Notes: generated by a model from the letters alone, not told the origin. A stretch of DNA of 64,000 nt from an uncultured Eubacteriales bacterium (GCA_900315085.1 OMXW01000004.1:4399-68398); one strand, 5' to 3'. Counted from the first letter of the stretch, positions 20,894 to 29,594 are shown. A program made the numbers and translations.

Positions 20894-21516
20894 TTAAAAT
20901 ACAAATTTACCCTGTGACCATGCTCGCCACAAACTGCTCGTACATCGTTGACGAGGCAACGGGCAAGGCGGCTGTTACAGACCCCGGCGAAAAGTCGGAA
21001 AAGCTGATTGAACAGATAAAAAAGGACGGCGGAAAGCTTGAATATGTTCTGCTGACCCACGGCCACTACGACCACATCTGCTACGCAAAGCAGCTTGCGG
21101 AGCAGTTCGGCGCGAAGATCGTAACGGGAAAGGCTAACGCTGACTTCCTGACGAATCCCGAATACAACCGCACAGGCGTTCACGGAATTGATTTCAAGCC
21201 GTTTTCAGCCGATATTCTGCTCGGCGACGGCGACAAATTCAAGCTGGGCGAAACCGAGTTTACATATCTTTCTACTCCAGGTCACACAAAGGGCTGCGGA
21301 GTATTTCTCGCTGACGGAGTGATGTTCGCGGGAGATACGCTGTTTTGCGAATCCTACGGAAGAACCGACCTTCCCACAGGCAGCGACGAAAAAATGGTTC
21401 AGTCGCTCAAAAAGCTAAAGGAGCTTGACGGCGACTATCAGGTAATTCCCGGTCACGGTCCGCTCACAACGCTTGAGCACGAAAGATGTTACAATCCCCT
21501 GATGAGGATGCTGTAA
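20890..21516 (+). CDS. MBL-fold metallo-hydrolase
   Basis: THGHYDH, TPGHT, GDTLF, PGHG. Confidence 0.92.
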   Translation: MIKIQIYPVTMLATNCSYIVDEATGKAAVTDPGEKSEKLIEQIKKDGGKLEYVLLTHGHYDHICYAKQLAEQFGAKIVTGKANADFLTNPEYNRTGVHGIDFKPFSADILLGDGDKFKLGETEFTYLSTPGHTKGCGVFLADGVMFAGDTLFCESYGRTDLPTGSDEKMVQSLKKLKELDGDYQVIPGHGPLTTLEHERCYNPLMRML

Positions 21517-21517
21517 T

Positions 21518-22966
21518 ATGAACCTGTACGTTAAAAACAATCCGTTCTGGTTTGAGCTTGAAAACCTTACAAGACTGTATTTTCCGAACGAGAAAATCAC
21601 CGTGTACAAGGAGTTTGACAGCGTTGAAAAGCCCTTTGTTTACGCCGAGGTCTTTGATGAAATCAGGGTGAGGGTGAGCATTGGAGCTTTTGACAGGGAG
21701 CTTACCGCCGCTTTGGGCGCGGATAAAAACGAAACGGAGCTTCACACGGTTCAGCTTCTGTACAGACTTCTGCGCGATTTCAGCGGAGTTTCGCAGCCGT
21801 GGGGACTTCTCACGGGAGTTCGTCCGATAAAGCTGCTCAGAAAGCTTTCGCAGGAGCGCGGACAAGAGGAAGCTCAGCGGATGTTCAGCGAGGAATTTTT
21901 TGTCAGCGGCGAAAAGCTGAGCCTTGCGGCGCGTACTGAGGAAAACGAATCAAAGCTGCTCGCGCTCTCAAAGCCCGAATCTTTCAGCCTCTATGTGGGA
22001 ATCCCGTTTTGTCCGTCAAGGTGCAGCTATTGCTCGTTTGTTATGTCGTCTGTTGAGCGCGCAAAAAAGCTGATTGAGCCGTATGTAGGTCTGCTTTGTG
22101 AGGAAATAAAGGCTACGGCGGAAATCGCCTCAGAGCTCGGTTTGCGGCTTGAAAGCGTGTATTTCGGCGGCGGAACACCGACAACTCTGAACGCCGAACA
22201 GCTCAACACGGTGCTTACCGCGGTCAGGGAAAACTTTGATTTGTCAACGAGCCGCGAGTTCACCGTTGAGGCAGGTCGTCCGGACACAATCGATGAAGCA
22301 CGCCTTTGTTCTTTAAAAGAAAATAACGTTAACCGGATCAGCATTAATCCCCAGACGCTCAACCCCGATACTCTCAGGAAAATCGGCAGAAAACACAGCG
22401 TTGAGGATTTTTACCGCGCGTTTGAGCTTGCTCGTAGCTGCGGCTTTGACAATATCAATACCGACCTCATCGCGGGACTGCCCGACGACAGCGCAGAAAG
22501 CTTTAAACACTCGCTCGATGAAATACTAAGGCTTAAAGCCGAAAGCATAACCGTCCACACGCTGTGCATGAAGCGCGCGTCAACTCTTACAACCGAGGGC
22601 GTGACCCTTGACAGAGAGGACGCAAAAAGAGCGCGAGAGATGCTAAACTACGCTCAGGGCGAGCTTACCCGTGAGGGCTATCTGCCGTACTACCTCTACC
22701 GCCAGACGCGCATGGTCGGCAACCTTGAAAACGTGGGCTGGGCAAAGCCGGGGTGCGAGAGCTACTACAACGCCTACGTCATGGACGAAACCCACACAAT
22801 ACTCGCGTGCGGCTCGGGCGGAGTATCAAAGCTAAGGGACTGCCGCTCGGATTATCTTGAACGGGTATTTAATTATAAGTATCCATATGAATATATAGAC
22901 AGATTCGGGGAAATGATTAAGAGAAAACAGGCAATTAAGCGCTTTTATAGCCAATTATACGGTTGA
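21518..22966 (+). CDS. hemZ: HemZ-type radical SAM protein
   Basis: PWGLLTGVRP, CPSRCSYC, GGGTPT, VEAGRPDT, PYYLYRQ. Confidence 0.93.
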   Translation: MNLYVKNNPFWFELENLTRLYFPNEKITVYKEFDSVEKPFVYAEVFDEIRVRVSIGAFDRELTAALGADKNETELHTVQLLYRLLRDFSGVSQPWGLLTGVRPIKLLRKLSQERGQEEAQRMFSEEFFVSGEKLSLAARTEENESKLLALSKPESFSLYVGIPFCPSRCSYCSFVMSSVERAKKLIEPYVGLLCEEIKATAEIASELGLRLESVYFGGGTPTTLNAEQLNTVLTAVRENFDLSTSREFTVEAGRPDTIDEARLCSLKENNVNRISINPQTLNPDTLRKIGRKHSVEDFYRAFELARSCGFDNINTDLIAGLPDDSAESFKHSLDEILRLKAESITVHTLCMKRASTLTTEGVTLDREDAKRAREMLNYAQGELTREGYLPYYLYRQTRMVGNLENVGWAKPGCESYYNAYVMDETHTILACGSGGVSKLRDCRSDYLERVFNYKYPYEYIDRFGEMIKRKQAIKRFYSQLYG

Positions 22967-22991
22967 TTATTGGTTTAAAACGTGTTATAAT
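22963..22991 (+). promoter_or_regulatory. Sigma-A promoter
   Basis: TTGATT-17 nt-TATAAT with extended TG. Confidence 0.7.
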
Positions 22992-23033
22992 ATTTAGAAA
23001 TAATTACATCATAAAACGAAAGGCTGGTTAATT

Positions 23034-23627
23034 ATGGGAAAATTTGATTCATTTTTCGATGACGCTGTTGTTAACGCCAAGGCTGCGGCTTCCGCGGTTT
23101 CAAAAAAGGCAGTAACATTCTATGACGCGTCAAAGCACAAAATTTCAGCCGCTGAAATCAGAGGCGAAATCAACAAGAAGCTCAAGGAGCTCGGCAAGGT
23201 AACCTACAAGTCAGAGGTTCACGGCACCGACCTTTTTGCAGAAAAGGAACAGCTCATTGCCGAAATCAAGGAGCTTATTGAAAATCTCAACATCATCAAC
23301 GGCCACATCGCCGCTATCAAGAGCCAGAGAAAATGTCCGCAGTGCGAGGCAAGAGTTCCCAAGAACTCAATCTACTGCAACATCTGCGGAACAAAGCTCG
23401 AGGACGCTTCCGCGGAGCAGGCTGTAATGGCTTGCGCAAACGCTGAGGAGGCTGCCGAGGCAGCAGTTGAACAGGAAGCTCCCGCAGAGGAAGCTGCCGC
23501 AACAGAGGCTGAGGTAATTGCCGAGACCGTTGAGGAAGCAATTGAGGAAAAGGTTGAACCCGCTGTTGAGGAAGCAGCCGAGGATACGGTTACGGTAGAC
23601 GATTCCTCAGAGGATTTGTTTGTATAA
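23034..23627 (+). CDS. Coiled-coil plus zinc-ribbon protein with acidic Ala/Glu-rich tail
   Basis: CPQC..YCNICG zinc ribbon; low-complexity EEAA C-terminus; SD AAAGG. Confidence 0.8.
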   Translation: MGKFDSFFDDAVVNAKAAASAVSKKAVTFYDASKHKISAAEIRGEINKKLKELGKVTYKSEVHGTDLFAEKEQLIAEIKELIENLNIINGHIAAIKSQRKCPQCEARVPKNSIYCNICGTKLEDASAEQAVMACANAEEAAEAAVEQEAPAEEAAATEAEVIAETVEEAIEEKVEPAVEEAAEDTVTVDDSSEDLFV

Positions 23628-23652
23628 CTTTTAAACTGAATAAAAAACCAAA

Positions 23653-23840
23653 GGGACTGTCGCATTAAGCCAAAAATTTCCATGTCATTCCGAGCGCAAT
23701 TGTAGGGGAGGCGCTTGCCGCCTCCCGGCAGGTCAGCGCATAGCTATCGGGTGACCGCAAGGGTCGCCCCTACCGGGATTAATATTATTAATCAACTCAG
23801 GATGACATTTTATGGAATAATTGCTTAATGCTACAGCCCC
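23653..23840. mobile_element. MITE-like element with 18-bp TIRs enclosing nested REP elements
   Basis: gggactgtcgcattaagc (23653-23670) vs gcttaatgctacagcccc (23823-23840), 16/18 inverted match; no ORF inside. Confidence 0.65.
23702..23773. repeat. GTAG-type REP doublet (REPIN, family B)
   Basis: GTAGGGG-hairpin...hairpin-CCCCTAC, 72 bp; 65/72 identical to 42826-42897. Confidence 0.9.
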
Positions 23841-23902
23841 AAGTTGTGTACGGCGGAAAATTGTGCCAAACACATAATACTGTTATATTTGGGGGATTAA
23901 AT

Positions 23903-25702
23903 TTGTCAAAAAAATATAACGCGGTTGCAAATGCGGAAGAAAACGCGTCACAGGCTTTTGTCAAGGGCGCGGCAATACTGACCGTAAGCATGGTAATCGT
24001 CAAGGTTTTCGGACTGCTTGACAAGGTTATTCTTGCCGATATCTACTCGATGTTCGGCGACAGCTTCGCTTCAATGGGCGTAGGTCTTTACAACAACGCT
24101 TACGAGATTTTTGTACTTATCTTCACGGTCGCAACAGGCGGACTTCCAATTGTAATCTCAAGGCTTATTTCTCAGAATATGGCGGAAAAACGCTATAAGG
24201 ACGTAAAACAGATCCACAAGCTCTCAATTCCGATCTTCCTAACCGTCGGACTTGTCTGCATGCTCGGAATGTTGATCGTCAGCTTTCCGTATGCGTTTAA
24301 CGTAATCAAGTCACCGTATGCCGTTTACGCAATGATGGCGCTTGCGCCCACAATTCTTTTCGGCTGCCTTACTTCAATCTACCGCGGTTACTTTGAGGGA
24401 CAGCGCAATATGTTCCCAACGGCGGTGTCGGAGGTGATCGAGGCGGTTGTAAAGCTGGTTTTAGGCGCGCTGTTCGCGTTCCTTATCATGAAGTTCGGCA
24501 TGGAATCCTACCGCCAAACGCACAGCTTTTTGTTCTTCCACTTTAAAAATCACATGGAGGCGCACAATACAATTTTGGCGTTCTCCGTTGCGGGCAATAT
24601 CTGCGGTATCTCAATCGCAAGCTTCTGCTCGTTTTTATATCTTCTTCTCAAGTACAGGATCGGCGGAGACGGTATTCCAAAGCAGTACCTTGAAGCGTCG
24701 GTTGACGCCAGAAGACAGAAGGAAACACTCGGCATCATCATCAAAACCGCGCTGCCGATCGTCGGCGGCACTCTTGTAATGAGTATCGGTTCAATAGTTG
24801 ACGCGGCTATTATCCAGAACGTGCTGTACAATATGGCGCACAATAACGCAGACGCTCTGTTCAGCCAGTACCACAAGTTCTATCCGCACGAGGTATTCTA
24901 CGGAGAAAAAACCACTATCCACACCAGTCTGTGGGGCTGCTACGGCTCGTCGCTTACGCTTATGCAGCTTGTTACTGCGGTCACTCAGGTGTTCGGTTCA
25001 AGCGCAATGCCCAACGTTACCAGCGCGTGGACAAAGGGCAACAAGCAGGAGCTCAAAAGCTCAATCGATACCGTGCTGAAAATGACTATGATGTTCACGC
25101 TTCCTATGGCGCTCGGTCTTTCAGTGCTCTCGCACGAGGTTATGGGCTTCATTTATTCAAGCCCCGACATAATCAATATCGGCGGCAACGTGCTCACGCT
25201 CATGGGTATCACAACGATCTTTACGGCTATCATCACCCCGATCTGCAGTATGCTCAACGGTATCGGTAAGGTTAAGCTTCCCATGATTCTGTACACGATC
25301 TGCATGCTCGTGAAAATCGGCACCTCATGGATTTTCGTAAGTATTCCCGAAATCAACATCCAGGGCGCAACAGCCGGCTCGCTGATTTCCTATGCGCTTA
25401 TCTGCGTTGTCGGAATGTACCTGCTCGTAAAGTATAGCAAGGTAGTTCCAAACTTCTTCAGCACTACCGTAAAACCGCTTGTCGGAGCGGTCGCAAGCTC
25501 CGCTGCGGCATACTTTGTAAACCTGCTTTTAAAGGATGTTGTCAATCACAGAATAGCTACAATAGTTGCAATTGTTGCAGCGGCTATAGTTTATATTGCA
25601 ATTTTACTAATAATTAAGACGTTTAGAGCAGAAGAAATCAAAATTCTGCCAAAAGGTGAAAAAATTGCAAAAACACTTGAAAAATGGCATCTAATTGGGT
25701 AA
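23903..25702 (+). CDS. MurJ/SpoVB/YabM-family polysaccharide flippase
   Basis: FVKGAAIL, ATGGLP..ISRL, YRGYFEG, many TMs; upstream of mazG as for yabM; TTG start after GGGGG. Confidence 0.88.
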   Translation: MSKKYNAVANAEENASQAFVKGAAILTVSMVIVKVFGLLDKVILADIYSMFGDSFASMGVGLYNNAYEIFVLIFTVATGGLPIVISRLISQNMAEKRYKDVKQIHKLSIPIFLTVGLVCMLGMLIVSFPYAFNVIKSPYAVYAMMALAPTILFGCLTSIYRGYFEGQRNMFPTAVSEVIEAVVKLVLGALFAFLIMKFGMESYRQTHSFLFFHFKNHMEAHNTILAFSVAGNICGISIASFCSFLYLLLKYRIGGDGIPKQYLEASVDARRQKETLGIIIKTALPIVGGTLVMSIGSIVDAAIIQNVLYNMAHNNADALFSQYHKFYPHEVFYGEKTTIHTSLWGCYGSSLTLMQLVTAVTQVFGSSAMPNVTSAWTKGNKQELKSSIDTVLKMTMMFTLPMALGLSVLSHEVMGFIYSSPDIINIGGNVLTLMGITTIFTAIITPICSMLNGIGKVKLPMILYTICMLVKIGTSWIFVSIPEINIQGATAGSLISYALICVVGMYLLVKYSKVVPNFFSTTVKPLVGAVASSAAAYFVNLLLKDVVNHRIATIVAIVAAAIVYIAILLIIKTFRAEEIKILPKGEKIAKTLEKWHLIG

Positions 25703-25743
25703 AATTAGTAACTGTAGGATTTATTATTATCTGGAGAATTATA

Positions 25744-26556
25744 ATGCAATTTACTGAAAAACCCGTATACGGATTTGAGGACCTGATTGAAATCGTAAAG
25801 ATTTTAAGAGCTCCCGACGGCTGCCCCTGGGACAGGGAACAGACGCATAAATCCATACGAGCAAATTTTATTGAAGAAACCTATGAGGCTATCGAGGCAA
25901 TCGACACCGAGGATACAGAGCTTCTGAAGGAAGAACTCGGCGACGTGCTGCTCCAGGTAGCCATGCACAGTCAAATGGAAAGCGAAGAAAACCGTTTTGA
26001 TATGAACGACGTTGTTGACGGCGTCTGCAAAAAGCTGATTGTCCGCCATCCCCATGTGTTCGGCGACAAGAACGCTCAGAACGTTGACGAGGCGCTTTCA
26101 AACTGGGACGCGGTAAAAAGGCAGACCAAATCCCAGGACAATCACACCCGGGCAATCCAAGGCGTTTCAAAGGCTCTGCCGTCGCTTATGCGAAGCGAAA
26201 AAATTCAGCATAAGGCGCGCAAGGCAGGACTTGATTTTGACTCCGTGGAAGGCGCACTGAAAAAGCTCAACGAGGAATGTACAGAGCTTGACATCGCTAT
26301 CCATCACGGAAACGAACAAAATCAGTATGAGGAAATCGGAGACGTGCTTTTTTCAGCGGTCAACGTTGCGCGTTTTCTTGACGTTGACAGCGAGCATGCG
26401 CTTCACGACTCATGCGAAAAGTTTATCAAGCGTTTCGCAATGCTTGAAAACCTTGCCGTAGAACGTGGAATCGACATGGATACGGCTTCAATTACGCAGC
26501 TTGATTCCCTTTGGGATGAAGTTAAAATAAATCTGAAAGAAAATAATGGAGGTTAA
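25744..26556 (+). CDS. mazG: Nucleoside triphosphate pyrophosphohydrolase MazG
   Basis: LRAPDGCPWDREQT, EETYE, EELGDVLLQ, RHPHVF. Confidence 0.95.
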   Translation: MQFTEKPVYGFEDLIEIVKILRAPDGCPWDREQTHKSIRANFIEETYEAIEAIDTEDTELLKEELGDVLLQVAMHSQMESEENRFDMNDVVDGVCKKLIVRHPHVFGDKNAQNVDEALSNWDAVKRQTKSQDNHTRAIQGVSKALPSLMRSEKIQHKARKAGLDFDSVEGALKKLNEECTELDIAIHHGNEQNQYEEIGDVLFSAVNVARFLDVDSEHALHDSCEKFIKRFAMLENLAVERGIDMDTASITQLDSLWDEVKINLKENNGG

Positions 26557-26562
26557 TCTAAC

Positions 26563-26838
26563 ATGAAGAAGTCAGAACTTATTAAAGTAATCGCAAAGAA
26601 GGCAGAAATTTCTAACAAGGACGCTGAGAAGGCACTTAACGCTACAATCGAAACAATCATCGAGGCTGTTGCCAACAACGACAAGATCCAGCTCACAGGC
26701 TTCGGTACATTTGAGCAGCGCCAGAGAAACGCAAGAACAGGCGTTGATCCCAGAACAGGCAACACAATTGAGATCGCAGCTTCTAAGGTTCCCGCTTTCA
26801 AGGCAGGCAAGGGCTTCAAGGATATCGTAAACAAGTAA
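26563..26838 (+). CDS. hup: Histone-like DNA-binding protein HU
   Basis: MKKSELI, GFGTF, ARTGVDPRTG, PAFKAGK. Confidence 0.97.
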   Translation: MKKSELIKVIAKKAEISNKDAEKALNATIETIIEAVANNDKIQLTGFGTFEQRQRNARTGVDPRTGNTIEIAASKVPAFKAGKGFKDIVNK

Positions 26839-26861
26839 TTTAGGGTAATTAATCATCATAA

Positions 26862-26888
26862 AAGGGAGCCGGTAACCGGCTCTTTTTT
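26862..26888 (+). terminator. Intrinsic terminator after hup
   Basis: gagccggt-a-accggctc hairpin plus T-run. Confidence 0.8.
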
Positions 26889-26926
26889 ACATTACGGAAA
26901 ACCGCCAGGTTATCGGAGGTGAATTT

Positions 26927-27166
26927 ATGAGACTCGATAAATATTTAAAGGTTTCGCGCCTTATCAAGCGCAGAACCGTCGCAAATGAGGCGTGCGACGC
27001 GGGTAAGGTAATCGTCAACGGAAAGTCAGCCCGCGCTTCATACGACGTTAAGGAGGGCGACGTGCTCGAAATAACGCTCGGCGCAAAAAGCGTAAAGGTT
27101 CGCGTTACACAGGTAAAAGAGGTTGTCCGCAAGGAGGACGCCGCCGCGATGTACGAAGCGGTGTAA
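26927..27166 (+). CDS. yabO: S4-domain RNA-binding protein (YabO/RqcP)
   Basis: MRLDKYLKVSRLIKRRTVANEACD. Confidence 0.93.
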   Translation: MRLDKYLKVSRLIKRRTVANEACDAGKVIVNGKSARASYDVKEGDVLEITLGAKSVKVRVTQVKEVVRKEDAAAMYEAV

Positions 27167-27224
27167 TCATAATTTAAGAATAAGCCCCGTATATATTAAT
27201 AACAAAATATACGGGGGAATTTTT

Positions 27225-27497
27225 ATGAGTGAAACGGCAAAGCCCAAAAAGCACACGGTCATGCTCGACCACCGCGCAAGGCTGATTATTACGGGCGCGG
27301 AGGATGTAAACGGATTCAACGAGGAAGCGATCTCGGTAAAGACGACCGCGGGGCTGCTGATTGTAAAGGGCAGCAATCTCCACATTGACAAGCTGAGCCT
27401 TGAAACGGGCGATTTGTCGGTTGACGGAAAAATAGATTCGCTGCAGTATATCGGCTCCGATAACTCGCAGTCAAGGCTTAGAAAGCTGTTCAGGTGA
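27225..27497 (+). CDS. yabP: Sporulation protein YabP
   Basis: H...L..R..L.ITG..DV..F, L.VKG..LHIDKL.LE.G; synteny. Confidence 0.9.
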   Translation: MSETAKPKKHTVMLDHRARLIITGAEDVNGFNEEAISVKTTAGLLIVKGSNLHIDKLSLETGDLSVDGKIDSLQYIGSDNSQSRLRKLFR

Positions 27498-27501
27498 AAG
27501 T

Positions 27502-27912
27502 ATGGAGCTGACCTTCGCAGTTCAGTCCTCGGCGTTTCTTCATTCAATTCTGCTCGGAATAATTCTCGGCGCAATATACGGCGTTTTCAAATTCGTTAGG
27601 ACGGCGTTTGATTTGTCAAAGCCGCTGACATTCGCCGCCGATGTGCTCTATATGCTGATTTCCGCGGTACTGATTTATCTTTTTATATTGGCGTACCTTT
27701 CGGGCTATGTGCGGCTGTACCTGCTTCCGGGGATAATAATAGGCTTTGCGCTCTACAGACTGACGCTCGGCAGACTGCTGTGCAGATTTTATAACCCGGT
27801 AATAAGCCTGTTCAGAGCCGTTTTCGGTGCGGTTTCAAAAAAATTTAAAATATTTGCGAAAAAAGTATTGAAAAAACTGCGTCACTTGTTGTATAATAGA
27901 CAGGTGAGTTAA
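27502..27912 (+). CDS. yabQ: Spore cortex biosynthesis protein YabQ
   Basis: Q...F..SI.LG...G..Y..F..R pattern, G.VR.Y; follows yabP. Confidence 0.85.
   Translation: MELTFAVQSSAFLHSILLGIILGAIYGVFKFVRTAFDLSKPLTFAADVLYMLISAVLIYLFILAYLSGYVRLYLLPGIIIGFALYRLTLGRLLCRFYNPVISLFRAVFGAVSKKFKIFAKKVLKKLRHLLYNRQVS
27868..27897 (+). promoter_or_regulatory. Sigma-A promoter for tRNA-Thr, overlapping the yabQ 3' end
   Basis: TTGAAA-18 nt-TATAAT, 26 nt upstream of the tRNA. Confidence 0.65.
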
Positions 27913-27923
27913 ACAGTTTAATT

Positions 27924-27999
27924 GCTGATGTGGCGCAGCCGGTAGCGCAACTGATTCGTAATCAGTAGGTCAGGGGTTCAAATCCCCTCATCAGCTCCA
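27924..27999 (+). tRNA. tRNA-Thr (anticodon CGT)
   Basis: 76 nt; acceptor gctgatg/catcagc, anticodon loop ttCGTaa, T-arm agggg-ttcaaat-cccct, encoded CCA. Confidence 0.97.
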
Positions 28000-28389
28000 A
28001 GTAAAAGAGCATCCCAAAAGGGGTGCTCTTTTACTTTACCTCTAAAATGCTGATGAGGGGATTTGAAGGCGACCGTTAAGAAAACGTGCCGGCGGCACGT
28101 TTTTAGGGAGAGCGATGATGGAAGTTATCCCATAGAAAGTGGACGCAACAGGCGAGGAGGAAGTATTGATGAAAGCATCAGCTCCAAGTAAAAGAGCATC
28201 CCAGCGGGGTGCTCTTTTACTTTACCTCTAAAATGCTGATGAGGGGATTTGAAGGTGACGAGAACGACCGCCGCCGGTGGCGGATGAAGGGAGTTCGAGG
28301 AAGAGCCGAAACAGGGAGTTTGAGGAAACAGCTTTAGCTGCGACGATAAACGACCATGTTTCAATCGGAGACCGATAAGAAAACGTGCC
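27977..28389 (+). repeat. tRNA-Thr-linked fold-back/core cassette (two units)
   Basis: Direct repeat 27989-28069 / 28176-28255; inverted tRNA 3' copies at 28049-28067 and 28235-28253; core 28068-28175 shared with the tRNA-Ser locus. Confidence 0.9.
28000..28035 (+). terminator. Terminator after tRNA-Thr (second copy at about 28187-28221)
   Basis: agtaaaagagcatccc-aaaa-ggggtgctcttttact. Confidence 0.8.
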
Positions 28390-29129
28390 TATGCGGTTTT
28401 TTTATAGAAAATTAAAAGGCACAAATAAACGCTTAAAAACAGCGCTAAATCCAAAAATGTAAGTCAAAGGTTAGTCAAAAAAACGCCTCGGAGTTATTAT
28501 TCGGAGACGCTTTTGATATTGTTAATCATATTTATGTGTAATATGTGGTTAATACTTACAAAGAAGGTAGAAAATATAGGAAAATATATTAAAATGATAT
28601 AAGCATTATTGTTAAAACATTCATTTTTTATTAAGTGGTATTATTTTGTAAGAAACGCGGATGAATATCTTTTATTCATTTTTCATTTGTTAAGGTTTAA
28701 AAGTCTGGTAAACAGCCAATAATTAATATTTTGGGTTGATGCAAAATAATATTAATATATATTAATAAAAATGAATTTTTTATAAATATTTGCTTTGCAA
28801 TATTTTGTTACTCATTAAATCTATATTGCTATAATAACAATATTTGACAAAACATGACTTTATTTGAAATGCTCTCTATAAAAAATATCTGCGCTTGAAA
28901 TTGATTGAATTTGAAATTAATGTGCACCAAAAATTTGTAAATTCATGTCCTAAAATGATATTATAAAACATACTTAGTCAAACTCAATCACCGTCAACCA
29001 ACATAATACACAAAAATAATAAATAAATTGTGAAAATATCATTTATTATGAGAATTTACTTTTTTTGTTTTTTTAGGTAAAATATATACACAGAACAAAA
29101 ATTAACCACTAGGAAAGGAGTTTTGTCAT

Positions 29130-29594
29130 ATGTCAGTTAAGTACAAGGTAGTAATCACAGACGCGCAGAAGACAATAAGAATTCCTAAAGGGCTAAGAAT
29201 GTTAATTAGGAGAAGCTGTATTGCCGCTCTGCAAAATGAGGAAATTGACAAGGATACTCAGGTGAATGTTGTTTTTGTTGACAACGAGCATATCTCAGAG
29301 CTCAACCAAAAGTATTTTAACGACGCTTCGGTTGTATCAAACCTTGTTGTTCCGGAAGACGAAGTGCTCGGATGTATTTTCATCTCGGTTGAAAAAGCTG
29401 TTGAGCTTTCAAAACTTCATATGCAGACCCTTGAACGTGAAATCGGGCACACGGTTGTTCGCGGAGTACTGCAGCTTACGGGGAATAACCCCAAAACCGA
29501 AATCGAGGAAGCCAAGCTTCGCGACCGCGAGGAATATATAATGTACCTTTTAGGACACCCCGCTTCGTCAGCGTACGCTCTAAATAACGCGTAA
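29130..29594 (+). CDS. YbeY-like protein lacking the zinc-binding histidines
   Basis: V.FVDNE.I.ELN.KY, LG.IFISVEKA, LEREI as in YbeY, but HGxLHLxGYDH is replaced by RGVLQLTGNNP. Confidence 0.75.
   Translation: MSVKYKVVITDAQKTIRIPKGLRMLIRRSCIAALQNEEIDKDTQVNVVFVDNEHISELNQKYFNDASVVSNLVVPEDEVLGCIFISVEKAVELSKLHMQTLEREIGHTVVRGVLQLTGNNPKTEIEEAKLRDREEYIMYLLGHPASSAYALNNA

Noticed and set aside
23828-23902. Upstream ATG start of the flippase (and the 2289 start of DUF421)
   Set aside because: These extensions begin inside repeat elements; SD-supported starts are at 23903 and 2169.
28125-28364. 79-aa minus-strand ORF (also 46594-46797, 46726-46938 and 31522-31722)
   Set aside because: These are translations of tRNA, repeat or REP sequence with no SD and no recognisable domain.
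27989-28389. CRISPR array
   Set aside because: There are only two repeats, about 80 bp long and derived from the tRNA end and terminator; the spacers are over 100 bp and no cas genes are present.
28400-29120. Replication origin
   Set aside because: It is AT-rich, but I found no TTATCCACA DnaA-box cluster and there is no dnaA/dnaN context.
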